64,000 nucleotides of DNA from assembly GCA_015660915.1 (NCBI GenBank), contig JACTTZ010000010.1:7513-71512 (forward strand), written 5' to 3'. Below, piece by piece: positions 27,693-37,543 of this stretch. Both the position numbers and the translations under genes were made by a program. Origin of the DNA: Methanomicrobia archaeon (lineage in GTDB: Archaea; Halobacteriota; Bog-38; Methanoflorentales; Methanoflorentaceae). The notes under the pieces were generated by a model. That model searched no databases. It was not told the DNA's origin and was given only the letters and a program-made list of their open reading frames with translations. Each line of letters starts with the position of its first letter. Positions within the stretch are counted from its first letter, which is position 1.

Positions 27693-28577
27693 ATGAAAGA
27701 GCAAATGAAGTCCATTAGCACCTTCGCAGATCTTATCCTTGTATTTGGTCTCGCGCTCGCAGCGTTCGTAGTCGCTAGTGTTCCAGCGTTAAGCGTAACG
27801 GCCGCTCGTCCCATCATTGGCACTATAGCCGTCCTTTTCGTCCCCGGGTACGCATTCATTGCAGCGCTGTTTCCCCAAAAGGCGACGTTAGGAAACGGCA
27901 TCAGGCTGGCGCTCTCTTTTGGCCTCAGTATCGTCGTCGTGCCGCTCCTTGAAATAGCCCTCAACTATTCCAGGTGGGGCGTCCGACTGGGCCCGACACT
28001 TGTCGCTCTTGTCGTTTTTACGCTTGTGTGTGTCGTCGTTGCGAGCGTTCGCCGGCATCAACTCCCACCAGAACACCGCTTCGTTGTCAATTGGCCGGTA
28101 TGGCACCATTTGGGCGACCGAAAGGCGACCCGGCCAGCAACGTCCGATCGAATGCTCTCAGTCGTACTCGTTGTCGCGATAATAGCGTCGGTTGCTGTCG
28201 TGAGTTATGCTTTGGTAATGCCGAAATCGGAAGAGCACTTCACTGAGTTTTACCTTCTTGGAGCTAACGATACGCTCAGCAATTACACAACGCAGTACAA
28301 GATGGGGACCCCAAATCCTGTGACGGTCGTTATTGTCAACGACGAAGGGCGAAACGTTACTTACAATCTGGTCGTCTCGGCGAACAACAGCACGCAACGT
28401 GGCGTCGTCTATTCGGAAGAGGTGGTCATCCCTAACGGCCAACGGTGGGAGAAGCAGATCGACCTCGTCCTTAATCAACCAGGGGACAACGTTAAACTTG
28501 ATTTTTCTCTTTATGCGGACCATACGACCGCCGATCCATATCGGGATGCCCACCTGTGGGTGAACGTCACGGCATAA
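27693..28577 (+). CDS. DUF1616 domain membrane protein
   Basis: LFVPGYAFIAALFP, RLALSFGLSI, EHFTEFYLLG and a C-terminal beta-rich extracellular domain. Confidence 0.85.
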   Translation: MKEQMKSISTFADLILVFGLALAAFVVASVPALSVTAARPIIGTIAVLFVPGYAFIAALFPQKATLGNGIRLALSFGLSIVVVPLLEIALNYSRWGVRLGPTLVALVVFTLVCVVVASVRRHQLPPEHRFVVNWPVWHHLGDRKATRPATSDRMLSVVLVVAIIASVAVVSYALVMPKSEEHFTEFYLLGANDTLSNYTTQYKMGTPNPVTVVIVNDEGRNVTYNLVVSANNSTQRGVVYSEEVVIPNGQRWEKQIDLVLNQPGDNVKLDFSLYADHTTADPYRDAHLWVNVTA

Positions 28578-28915
28578 AGAAAGGCGATAAGGGAGCGCTT
28601 TCACGACAAGTTCGCAGCTAAAAATGTAGAGGGTTGTACGCATAGGCACCGACTGCTGCGTGATGGGTGCCGCTCACTCATCGCTTGCTTTGGCTGCTTC
28701 AGATGGCTCCTATCGTTTGGACATTTCGCCTTCTGCACAACAAGAAATGGTAGATAGCTTCCGCAAGAAGAGTGAATCGCCGGCGCCAAAATCGTGCGTC
28801 CCTCGGGGCGGCCATGCGTTTTAGCTAGAAACGATGCTGCGTGCTTGCTCAGTCGTATGGCCAGTGAAGTGCCGAAGCAAACATTTATGGCCACGCAAGT
28901 AAGACTCAACGCGAC

Positions 28916-29338
28916 GTGAATCGCACCAACATTCTCACCGCAGCGCTTGCAATCCTTTTAGCAGCTGCAATTGTCGGAACCGTCGTGATCGTTGTATTTC
29001 CGCAGCCCGGCGAGTCGTTCACCGAGCTGTACCTCTTAGGCCCGGAAGGAAAGGCAAGCAACTATCCCACAAATTTGACCGTTAATCAAACGGCCAATGT
29101 CACGGTTGGGGTCGTAAATCACGAGAACACAAACGCTGACTACACCCTGGTCGCCACCCTCGCCAACAAGACGATCAATACCACATCGTTCAGCTTAGCG
29201 AATAACCAAACGTGGCAAAACGCCATCTCATTCATGCCGACCCAGCGGGGTGTGGGGCAAAAAATGCAGTTCGACCTCTACAAAGCGGGCACCGCAAGTG
29301 TGTACCGTTCGGTTTACCTTTACCTCAGCGTCACGTGA
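28916..29338 (+). CDS. Short DUF1616 paralog (one TM helix + extracellular domain)
   Basis: ESFTELYLLGPEGKASNYPT, VGVVNHE, YRSVYLYLSVT. Confidence 0.82.
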   Translation: MNRTNILTAALAILLAAAIVGTVVIVVFPQPGESFTELYLLGPEGKASNYPTNLTVNQTANVTVGVVNHENTNADYTLVATLANKTINTTSFSLANNQTWQNAISFMPTQRGVGQKMQFDLYKAGTASVYRSVYLYLSVT

Positions 29339-29555
29339 TCAAACCGCGCTTTTTTTCCGCAGCGTTCGGCAGAAGTAATAGCCGGTCTTCATGGGAATTC
29401 ATTCAGGCCTTTCGGTTCCGACAACTGTTGCCCCACGAAAAAGCTTGCTCGAGCCACAAGCGCTGCGATCGTCGTATGGCGCTCTTAGCAGCACATTCTT
29501 ATAAAGGGAACGCGATGAAGGATAACAGCAATTTCGACAACAGCACGGTGAGATA

Positions 29556-30548
29556 ATGCGAACAGCGCTCATAACCGGTATCACTGGACAAGACGGATCA
29601 TATCTTGCAGAGCTCTTGCTCGAAAAGGGCTATGAGGTCTATGGCCTTGTCCGAAGGTTGAGCACACCCAATCAATCCCGCATTGACAATATTGTTGACC
29701 GACTTGTACTGTTGGAGGGGGATCTCACCGATCAGTCATCGCTCAACGTCGCCATGCAGACCGCGATGCCTGACGAGGTGTATAATCTTGCAGCTCAGTC
29801 ATTCGTCGCGACGTCGTGGAACCAACCGGTGTTGACTGGGGACGTGACCGGACTCGGCGTCGTTCGCGTTCTGGAGGCGGTGAGGCACCTTTGCCCAACG
29901 GCACGGTTCTACCAGGCATCAAGCAGCGAAATGTTTGGAACGGCGCTGCAACCGTTGAAAAACGAGACCACCCCATTCCATCCCAGGAGCCCCTATGCCG
30001 TAGCAAAGGTCTATGGGCATTACACGGCGCTCAACTATCGCGAGAGTTATGGGCTTTTCTGCTGCAACGGAATTTGCTTCAATCACGAGTCGCCGCGGCG
30101 TGGCATAGAGTTTGTGACGAAAAAGATATCAGATGGTGTCGCGCGGATTCATCACGGTCGTGCGAAGGAGCTGCGGCTGGGGAATCTTGAGGTTAAGCGT
30201 GACTGGGGCTTTGCCGCGGACTACGTGAAGGCGATGTGGCTTATGTTGCAACAGGATGAGCCTGACGATTACGTCGTCGCCACGGGAGTAAGTCACTCGG
30301 TGAAGGAGTTTGCCGAGCTCGCCTTCAATGCCGTCGGCTTGAATTGGGAGGACTACGTGATCGTGGACGAGCGGTACCTGCGACCCGCAGAGGTACCCGA
30401 CCTGCGGGGGGATGCCTTAAAAGCCCGCACTAAGCTGGGCTGGACACCCGATACCTCGTTTGAGGAGCTGGTAAGGATAATGGTCGCTGCAGACGTTGAG
30501 AAATATAGCAGATCTATCACCGAGCGTCGGCCGCTCGAAGAGACGTGA
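29556..30548 (+). CDS. gmd: GDP-mannose 4,6-dehydratase
   Basis: [62 protein letters not shown]. Confidence 0.96.
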   Translation: MRTALITGITGQDGSYLAELLLEKGYEVYGLVRRLSTPNQSRIDNIVDRLVLLEGDLTDQSSLNVAMQTAMPDEVYNLAAQSFVATSWNQPVLTGDVTGLGVVRVLEAVRHLCPTARFYQASSSEMFGTALQPLKNETTPFHPRSPYAVAKVYGHYTALNYRESYGLFCCNGICFNHESPRRGIEFVTKKISDGVARIHHGRAKELRLGNLEVKRDWGFAADYVKAMWLMLQQDEPDDYVVATGVSHSVKEFAELAFNAVGLNWEDYVIVDERYLRPAEVPDLRGDALKARTKLGWTPDTSFEELVRIMVAADVEKYSRSITERRPLEET

Positions 30549-30619
30549 CCTGAGCTGCAATTGGCACACCGCCATGGCTTCACGACCCGCGAGGCAGCGG
30601 GGCAAGCGGCGGCACTTTG

Positions 30620-30893
30620 TCCCGATTTACGCGGACGCATCGTCAAACGTTGTTCGACCGTTTCGATGCAGTGATCCGCCACGTACTTCCTCAAGCCGAA
30701 CTCGTATCTCTACTTCGGCACGTTCAACTTGGAGCTAGGGCAGGTCGCGCAAGTCGCTGCGACAACGCTCATGAAGGGAACCGAAATAAGCTATTTTGAT
30801 TTGCGCGGCCTGACCGAGCTCGTAGTAAGATCTTTGATGACGGAGGGGCCACCGTTTATCACCGTCGCACAACGTGACGCTTGCCCCCGCTGA
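30620..30893 (+). pseudogene. Possible remnant of the C-terminal domain of a DUF2206-like membrane protein
   Basis: PIYADASS, then in a shifted frame YFLKPNSYLYFGTFN. Compare QVYTD in the 24085 protein. Confidence 0.25.
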
Positions 30894-31020
30894 GGGGGTT
30901 TAGCCTCACCCGACGTCGCGACCATCGAACCGCCGTGTGTCCACCTGTAGCTGACCGAGATTATATTTAGGGCTATTAACATGGAGGGTAACGCACTGTC
31001 ACTGCGAGGGTGAGATAAAC

Positions 31021-31785
31021 GTGAAGATCGGCTGGCGGGTGCGTTTCGGGCTCCTTCTTATTGCGCTCTCTGTAATCCTCTATCTAGTTCACTTCTCCGT
31101 ATTCCACGATTTGACTTATGTCGAGACCTACGCACTTGGCGACCTTGCTTTTCTTCCGATCGAGGTGCTTCTTGTCGTCCTCGTCGTTGACTGGGTGATA
31201 ACCCGGCAAGAAAAGAGGAGTCAACTCACCAAACTCAACATGGTAATCGGCGTCTACTTCAGTGAGGTCGGCACCCCACTCCTGAAGGCGTTATCGGAAT
31301 TTGACCCGCACGTCGGGAGGATTCGCGACGAGCTTTTAGTGAAGGGCACCTGGACCACCCGCGATTTCGCCGAGGCAAGCTTACGCATAAAAAAGCACGA
31401 ATACAAGCTCGTTTGCGACAAGGGCGACCCGAAAGCGTTACAATTTCTCGAAAACCTGCGCACTTTCCTCATATCAGAGCGGATGTTTTTGCTCCGCCTC
31501 CTCGAAAATCCGAACCTCCTCGAACAGGAATCCTTCACCGAACAGCTTTGGGCGGTCTTCCACGTCGCTGATGAGCTGCAGCACCGACCCGACTTGGCGC
31601 ACCTGCCCGGCGGCGATTACCGGCACCTCGCTGTTGACGCAGGACGGGCGTACAGTGCGCTCACCGCCGAGTGGCTCAAGTATATGGCGCACCTCTTGCA
31701 GCGATATCCGTACCTCTTCTCCTTAGCACTGCGCACAAATCCGTTTGATCCGACCGCTTCGCCCGTGATCACAGACGTAGGCTGA
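31021..31785 (+). CDS. Conserved hypothetical membrane protein
   Basis: Two N-terminal TM helices (DLAFLPIEVLLV) and LLENPNLLEQESFT...W..Y..HL...YPYLFS. Coherent coding sequence. Confidence 0.7.
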   Translation: MKIGWRVRFGLLLIALSVILYLVHFSVFHDLTYVETYALGDLAFLPIEVLLVVLVVDWVITRQEKRSQLTKLNMVIGVYFSEVGTPLLKALSEFDPHVGRIRDELLVKGTWTTRDFAEASLRIKKHEYKLVCDKGDPKALQFLENLRTFLISERMFLLRLLENPNLLEQESFTEQLWAVFHVADELQHRPDLAHLPGGDYRHLAVDAGRAYSALTAEWLKYMAHLLQRYPYLFSLALRTNPFDPTASPVITDVG

Positions 31786-31861
31786 TAGCCTGCGACAGCA
31801 CCAAAGACGTCGTGCAGACGGTACTGCAAACGCAGGAAGTGCACGCGTCGCGCCCAGAAAT

Positions 31862-33085
31862 TTATTCGACGTCGATCATCTCGAGCTCCGACGCCAGCGC
31901 AGGTAAAAAGGTTCCCACGTCGGTCACGACCCCGATTGCCTGTGCCGTGCCGCGATCGATGAGCTTTGTCACGGTAGCTGGATTAATGTCGACGCAAATC
32001 GTCTTCACGTACGAGGGCAGCATGTTCCCAACAGCGATCGAGTGCAACATGGTGGCCATCATAAGCACAAGGTCAACGCCTTTGAGGAGATCACGCATGG
32101 CGTCCTGTGCGGCCATGATGTCAGTAATGACGTCGGGCAATGGACCATCATCGCGGATAGACCCGGCGAGCACGAACGGCACGTCATTGACCACGCTTTC
32201 GAACATGATGCCACTTTTGACGAGTCCCTGGCGCACAGCCGCCGTAATCGATCCGCACCGGACCACTTCGCTGATGGCGTAGAGGTGGTTCTTGTGCCCC
32301 TCGCTTACCAGCTCTGCCGTTTTGATGTTGAGGCCAAGCGACGTGCCATAGAGATCACGCTCGATGTCGTGCACCGCAAGCGCGTTGCCGGCGAGCAAGG
32401 CATCGACGTACCCTCGATGGACAATTCTCGAAAGTGCCTCGGCAGCACCGGTGTGCGACACTGCCGGTCCTGCAACGACGGCGATCTTCTTTCCCTGCAC
32501 CTTTGCGTTCACCATTTCTACGGCGATTTTGTGGATGAGGGTCGCCGAGGGGCGCTCAGAGGACACAGCGCCACCCATAAACTCAAAAAGGGAGCGCGTG
32601 CGCGGGCGTTCGGGAGGCATGACGCGCACGCCGCGCTGCCCGAGCACGACCAGATCTCCTGCCATGACGTGATGGAGCGGCGTGCACACCGCGCGGTCGT
32701 CGCGGACGACGATCATGCAGTCCATTTCGATATCCTCTACCGGAATCCAGGCGCCGTTCTGGTGAACAAAAGTGGGGTGATTCGTAGTCGAATAGAACCC
32801 CCCTGGAACGGCCTTGTCCTTATCTGCAGCTCCGAGTCGAACGTCTTCAATCTCGGGAACTTGCGCACCGAGCCGATGAAGGTCGCTCATAATTGCGTCG
32901 AGATGTGCCTCGTCGCGCCCCTTGACCGCAAGCCGTACGTAGCTCGGATCGCTCTTGTGCGCTCCTATCTTGAATGTGATGATCTCAAACTCGCCGTCAA
33001 GATCCATGATCTTGTCGAGCACCCGTGTTAATGTCAGCGAATCAATAATGTGTCCCTGTAGTTCCACTTCACGAATCGTCGTCAT
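31862..33085 (-). CDS. TIGR00300 family protein (LOR/SDH-like, putative ornithine cyclodeaminase)
   Basis: EVELQGHIIDS, FYSTTNHPT, FEFMGGAVSSER, GNALAVHDIE, LAGSIRDDGPLP, TMLHSIAVGNMLP. Confidence 0.87.
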   Translation of the reverse strand: MTTIREVELQGHIIDSLTLTRVLDKIMDLDGEFEIITFKIGAHKSDPSYVRLAVKGRDEAHLDAIMSDLHRLGAQVPEIEDVRLGAADKDKAVPGGFYSTTNHPTFVHQNGAWIPVEDIEMDCMIVVRDDRAVCTPLHHVMAGDLVVLGQRGVRVMPPERPRTRSLFEFMGGAVSSERPSATLIHKIAVEMVNAKVQGKKIAVVAGPAVSHTGAAEALSRIVHRGYVDALLAGNALAVHDIERDLYGTSLGLNIKTAELVSEGHKNHLYAISEVVRCGSITAAVRQGLVKSGIMFESVVNDVPFVLAGSIRDDGPLPDVITDIMAAQDAMRDLLKGVDLVLMMATMLHSIAVGNMLPSYVKTICVDINPATVTKLIDRGTAQAIGVVTDVGTFLPALASELEMIDVE

Positions 33086-33124
33086 GCGTTCCGTCCGTGA
33101 GCGCCAGCTATGCGGTCCGCTCGC

Positions 33125-34003
33125 TTACCTTCTTACAATCATCGTTCCGATACCTTCGTCAGTAAACAGCTCAAGCAGGAGCGCGTGATGAACGTTACCG
33201 TTGATGATGTGCGTATTCTCTACCCCGGCTTCGAGAGCCTTTATGCACGCGTGCACTTTTGGAATCATGCCTCCACTGATGCTTCCCGATTCGATCGCAC
33301 GCTGGGCCTCAGCGAACGTCATGCGGGAGATGACCGTCTGGGGGTCGCTCGAGTCGCGCTGAATGCCGTTGACGTCGGTCAGGGCGATAAGCTTGCCGGC
33401 CATAAGCGCCGCGGCTATGTCTCCCGCGACGGTGTCAGCATTGAGATTGAGGCTGTGACACGCGCTATCGACGGCGATGGGGGCTATCACAGGGATGTAT
33501 CCCTTGCCGGCCATAATCATAAGGATCTCTGGGTTGATGACTTCGGTCTCGCCGACCCAGCCAAGGTCAACCTCGCGTTCGACGCCTTCATATACGACGC
33601 GCTGGGGGCTTTTTTTCCGAGCGGCGATCATGCGGCCATCTTTTCCGGACAGGCCTACCCCTTTGCCGCCGTGCTTGCCGATCAGTGCTACAAGACGCGT
33701 ATTGATGTTCCCGACGAGGACCATGCGGGCGATTTCGAGGGTCTCTTCGTCAGTGATACGCAAGCCTGCTGCAAATTCGGGCTTTTTGCCCATTCGCTCC
33801 ATCTTCTCGCTGATTTCCGGTCCGCCTCCGTGAACGAGCACTGGCTGCATACCAACGTAACGCAAGAGCACGATGTCTTCGATAATACCCTCCATGAGGC
33901 GCTTGTCGATCATCGCGTGCCCGCCAATTTTGATAACGACGAACGATCCGTAAAACTCGCGAATGTAAGGCAACGCTTCGATAAGGATCTGCTCCCGCTT
34001 CAT
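33125..34003 (-). CDS. argB: Acetylglutamate kinase
   Basis: LIEALPYI, VIKIGGHAM, VHGGGPEI, GLRITD, LNLNADTVAG, GGMIPKV. Start at ATG 34003. Confidence 0.95.
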   Translation of the reverse strand: MKREQILIEALPYIREFYGSFVVIKIGGHAMIDKRLMEGIIEDIVLLRYVGMQPVLVHGGGPEISEKMERMGKKPEFAAGLRITDEETLEIARMVLVGNINTRLVALIGKHGGKGVGLSGKDGRMIAARKKSPQRVVYEGVEREVDLGWVGETEVINPEILMIMAGKGYIPVIAPIAVDSACHSLNLNADTVAGDIAAALMAGKLIALTDVNGIQRDSSDPQTVISRMTFAEAQRAIESGSISGGMIPKVHACIKALEAGVENTHIINGNVHHALLLELFTDEGIGTMIVRR

Positions 34004-34172
34004 TGACCTGTAGTTCCGACTGAGAATAGAAATATCTTCCTGCGCGCGCACCAGAAGACGTCCGATTGTCGTCGTGAACGCTAGGGAAAGTCTGCCCCTC
34101 AAGGCTATATGCCGCGAAGACCATGAAACAGGTGGCGAACGTCAGGTTTTTCGCTTGCGAGTGGCGGATCAT

Positions 34173-34934
34173 ATGAGGTACAAGGCGGCGTGTATACAGA
34201 TGGGTGCGTTCGGCACGCGATTGGAAAACGTTGACCGCGCGGTCGCCTTGATCGACGAAACGGATGCTGACCTTGTCGTTCTCCCAGAGCTGTTCGCCCA
34301 CTGCAAAGATTTCAAGGCCGGAGAGCACATTCCGGGGCCGACAACTGAGGTCTTTAAGCGGCTTGCTCGCGAAAAGGGAAGCTTCATCCTGATGGGGAGC
34401 ATGCTGGAGCTGGACGAGCAGGGACGGATGTTCAACACAAGCGTGCTCATTGATAAACACGGCACGATTTGCGCACGGTACCGCAAGATTCATCTGTTCT
34501 CCTATCGTTCGAAGGAGAAACGTTCATTGAATGCAGGAACTGACGTTGTCGTTACGCCGACCGAGCTCGGCGTCATAGGGTTTTCGATCTGTTATGACAT
34601 TCGCTTTCCTGAGCTCTATCGGGCTCTGGTCAAAAAAGGGGCTGAAATTATCGTCTGTCCTGCGGCATGGCCTTCCCCACGCCTTGAACATTGGATCGTG
34701 CTAAACAGGGCCCGAGCTATCGAAAACCAATGTTACTTCATCGGTTGCAATCAGGTAGGCACGCCGGTGCCCTCGACGACTTTTGTCGGCGGCAGCATGA
34801 TTACCGACCCGTGGGGAGAGACGCTTGTCGCGGCGGGTGACTCTGAAGCTATCATTACCGCGGTAATCGACGTTGGCGTGGTTAACCGGATCAGAAAGGA
34901 GTATACTTCTCTCAACGACGTGGTCCCACTTTGA
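34173..34934 (+). CDS. Carbon-nitrogen hydrolase (nitrilase superfamily amidase)
   Basis: Catalytic triad contexts LPELF, YRKIHLF and ICYDIRFPE; RAIENQCY. Confidence 0.9.
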   Translation: MRYKAACIQMGAFGTRLENVDRAVALIDETDADLVVLPELFAHCKDFKAGEHIPGPTTEVFKRLAREKGSFILMGSMLELDEQGRMFNTSVLIDKHGTICARYRKIHLFSYRSKEKRSLNAGTDVVVTPTELGVIGFSICYDIRFPELYRALVKKGAEIIVCPAAWPSPRLEHWIVLNRARAIENQCYFIGCNQVGTPVPSTTFVGGSMITDPWGETLVAAGDSEAIITAVIDVGVVNRIRKEYTSLNDVVPL

Positions 34935-35025
34935 CGGCGGCAGCACACGGTGCGCGTGCGCTTCCGGCAGAATGCGTTCGATCTGTAAATCGACTGGACC
35001 ATTTGATGACCGTTCCGTGGCGCCA

Positions 35026-35038
35026 GCAAAGCTTAAGA
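35026..35038 (+). promoter_or_regulatory. BRE/TATA-like promoter of tRNA-Glu
   Basis: gcaaa-gcttaaga centred about 28 nt upstream of the tRNA 5' end. Confidence 0.45.
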
Positions 35039-35062
35039 GCCGGTGTGTTATAGTAGACTCGG

Positions 35063-35137
35063 GCTCCGGTAGTGTAGTCCGGCCAATCATGGGGGACTCT
35101 CACTCCCTCGACTTGGGTTCAAATCCCAACCGGAGCA
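35063..35137 (+). tRNA. tRNA-Glu (anticodon CTC)
   Basis: Acceptor stem GCTCCGG/CCGGAGC + A; D arm TAGTGTAGTCCGGCCAATCAT; anticodon loop CTCTCAC; T arm TTGGGTTCAAATCCCAA; no encoded CCA. Confidence 0.95.
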
Positions 35138-35145
35138 TATTTTTT
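35138..35145 (+). terminator. Oligo-T archaeal terminator
   Basis: tatttttt immediately after the tRNA. Confidence 0.5.
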
Positions 35146-35278
35146 GATTCGCCGGCGGCCTCCGACCGTTCTCTAAAGATCCTTCAAGCGGCTATGTACG
35201 TAACGCGTCCGCTTCGTTATTCTCGGAGAAAAAAAGCGCTGGTAGGGCGGCGTTTTCAAGACGAAGCTCAGCCAATGG

Positions 35279-35650
35279 TTACTCACGGGGCAAAATTTCG
35301 CGTGCGATCTGCATCCCTTTGATCGCGACCGGAAAGCCTGCATAAACTGCCATCATGAGGATGGTTTCGACAAGCTCCTGTCGCGTGCACCCGATATTGA
35401 GAGCTGCTCGAATGTGGTCGCGAAGTTGATCCTCTCGATTGCCGAGGGCGGTGAGAGCGGCGACGATACAGAGCTCCCGCTGCTTCGCAGGTAGTCCCGG
35501 ACGGGTGTAGATATCCCCGTAAGCAAATTCAATAACGTAGCGCGCAAGGTCGGGAGCAACGGCGTCCATACTCCGAATGAGGTTTGTGACACCCTCCTCG
35601 TTCACCCTTCGCAGCGCTTCGATCCCGCGCCTATATCGTTCGTTTTCCAT
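35279..35650 (-). CDS. Carboxymuconolactone decarboxylase/AhpD-like family protein
   Basis: EFAYGDIYTRPGL..KQREL, HIRAALNIG, YAGFPVA. Confidence 0.88.
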   Translation of the reverse strand: MENERYRRGIEALRRVNEEGVTNLIRSMDAVAPDLARYVIEFAYGDIYTRPGLPAKQRELCIVAALTALGNREDQLRDHIRAALNIGCTRQELVETILMMAVYAGFPVAIKGMQIAREILPRE

Positions 35651-35782
35651 GCTATCTTCACACGCATGGCGCCGCGTCGATATAAGCCCTGCTATCTGCC
35701 AGCGACACCCAAATGCAATCCGTGTGGCCAGGCAGCGTCATTACCTTTTTATAAACCCGTGGAAGTGTTGTAACCGATCATA

Positions 35783-36253
35783 GTGGCTGGATTCTTATCG
35801 TTGCTTTTCATCAACAACTACGGCTTGCTTGAACTGTTTCTCGTCAGCGCCACCTCATCGGTGCTTCCTATCCCCACAGAGCCGACAATAGCACTGCTGC
35901 TGAGCGAGAACGTGCGTCCGCTAGTCATCCTCATCGTGCTGATCCCGGCGTCAGTTCTAGGCGCTTCAATCGGATACCTTTTGGGAAAATACGGGATACG
36001 CAGAATAATCCCCTTTCATAATCCCGAACGCGAAAAGAGGGTTCATGCTTGGTTTGGCAAATATGGGGCTGCGCTGCTTATAATCTCGCCGTGGATCCCC
36101 TTTGCTGGCGATTTGGTGCCCATCGTCGCGGGAATCGAAGAGTTTAACCCGGCCACTTTTCTCATAATAATGTTCGTGGCCAAAGCGATCAAAGGCACTG
36201 CAATAGTCTATTTCCTCTCCTTTTTCGTCCAGCTAGTCGGCCTCCATCTTTAA
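35783..36253 (+). CDS. DedA/VTT (YqaA-like) membrane protein
   Basis: SSVLPIPTE, ASVLGASIGYLLG, WFGKYG...PWIPFAGD, AG, KAIKG. Confidence 0.85.
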   Translation: MAGFLSLLFINNYGLLELFLVSATSSVLPIPTEPTIALLLSENVRPLVILIVLIPASVLGASIGYLLGKYGIRRIIPFHNPEREKRVHAWFGKYGAALLIISPWIPFAGDLVPIVAGIEEFNPATFLIIMFVAKAIKGTAIVYFLSFFVQLVGLHL

Positions 36254-36361
36254 TTGGTGAAGGAAAAGAAATGAGCTGCTCGAACAAAGGACAAACTGGC
36301 GGCGGAGCGTGTAGCCAACGCGATAGACAAAAAAAAGAGTGACGTCGTGCGGAAACGTGTG

Positions 36362-36568
36362 TCACTCTTCGGCGAAGGTTATCGCCTCCGTCGGACAGCT
36401 GTCCGCGGCTTCTTGACACTCGCATTCGCTACACGCAGTCGCATCAATGACGTGCGATAGCCCGTCATCTTGAAGCTCAAAGACGTCGGGGCACACATCT
36501 TCGCACGCCCCGCAGCCGACACAGAGCTCAACATCAATTTTCGGTACTAGCATGGTCATTCTAACCAT
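36362..36568 (-). CDS. Monocluster ferredoxin
   Basis: CVGCGACEDVCP...CQEAADSCPTEAI. Exact start uncertain. Confidence 0.9.
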   Translation of the reverse strand: MVRMTMLVPKIDVELCVGCGACEDVCPDVFELQDDGLSHVIDATACSECECQEAADSCPTEAITFAEE

Positions 36569-36714
36569 GCTGCTTACTCTCCACGTTTATAACTATCGTT
36601 TGCTCGCTTGGTAACCCGTTTCACCCCTCGCACAGCAACGCTGACTAAATTGACGACCTGGCCCGCAGGGACGTCTGCACAACACATAAGGCCGAGGAGT
36701 GCTCTTATGCACTC

Positions 36715-37455
36715 GTGTTTGACACGCATACGCACATGGATACGCGTCCGTTTGAGGACTTTGAGTTGATGGGCGTGGCCGGTGTGACCGATGTGCTCAC
36801 GCTCGCACACGACCCGATGCGAATGTCAACAGCAGACGTTCTAGTTGACCACTTTTACAAGCTCATTTACGGTGAAGTGCGGCGAGGCGCCGAAAATGGC
36901 GTTAGCGTACACGTGGGTCTTGGCGTGCACCCGCGTTCGATCAACGACCAAGTTGACACGACTTTGGCAGCGCTCCCCGATTACCTCGAGCACCCCGCTG
37001 TCGTCGCGATCGGAGAAATTGGGCTCGAAAGGTGCACCGACGTCGAGGAGCGGGTCTTTCGTAGACAGCTCGGGATCGACTATTATCCCAAAGTTATCCA
37101 CACGCCTCGGCGCGAGAAGCGAGAGGCACTTGAGCGAATCATCGCGATCGTTGACGAAGTCGGGGCCAAGGATGTGGTGATTGATCACATCGATCCATCA
37201 ACGGTCGATATCGCACTGGAGGCGGGGGCATACGTTGGCCTTACCGTCCAGCCGGGCAAAGCGTCAGTGCGCGACGCGGTTGAACTGATCATTGAATACG
37301 CTGAAGCGAAGTTTGTCGTTAATAGTGACTTGAGCGCCCAGCGCTCAGACTGTCTGTCTGTCGCGCGGGTCATGCATGCACTCACGATCGAGGGATACGC
37401 CGATCGTGCATATAAGGCGTGCGTGCAGAACGGTCGCGACCTGTTTCTGCGGTAA
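36715..37455 (+). CDS. TatD-family metal-dependent hydrolase
   Basis: DTHTH, GVHPR, AIGEIGL, IHTPR, DH, NSD. Confidence 0.88.
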   Translation: MFDTHTHMDTRPFEDFELMGVAGVTDVLTLAHDPMRMSTADVLVDHFYKLIYGEVRRGAENGVSVHVGLGVHPRSINDQVDTTLAALPDYLEHPAVVAIGEIGLERCTDVEERVFRRQLGIDYYPKVIHTPRREKREALERIIAIVDEVGAKDVVIDHIDPSTVDIALEAGAYVGLTVQPGKASVRDAVELIIEYAEAKFVVNSDLSAQRSDCLSVARVMHALTIEGYADRAYKACVQNGRDLFLR

Positions 37456-37543
37456 GCGTTCTCGTCGTAAAGGCCGCCCTTCAACTGTTTTTTCCTTGCG
37501 TATGCTTTATTACCTCCGATGCTGTACTTAGTCTGATGATCCT

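Noticed and set aside
32042-34493. Long antisense ORFs (32042-33031, 33110-34006, 33750-34493)
   Set aside because: Antisense shadows of well-supported genes in GC-rich coding DNA; no recognisable motifs.
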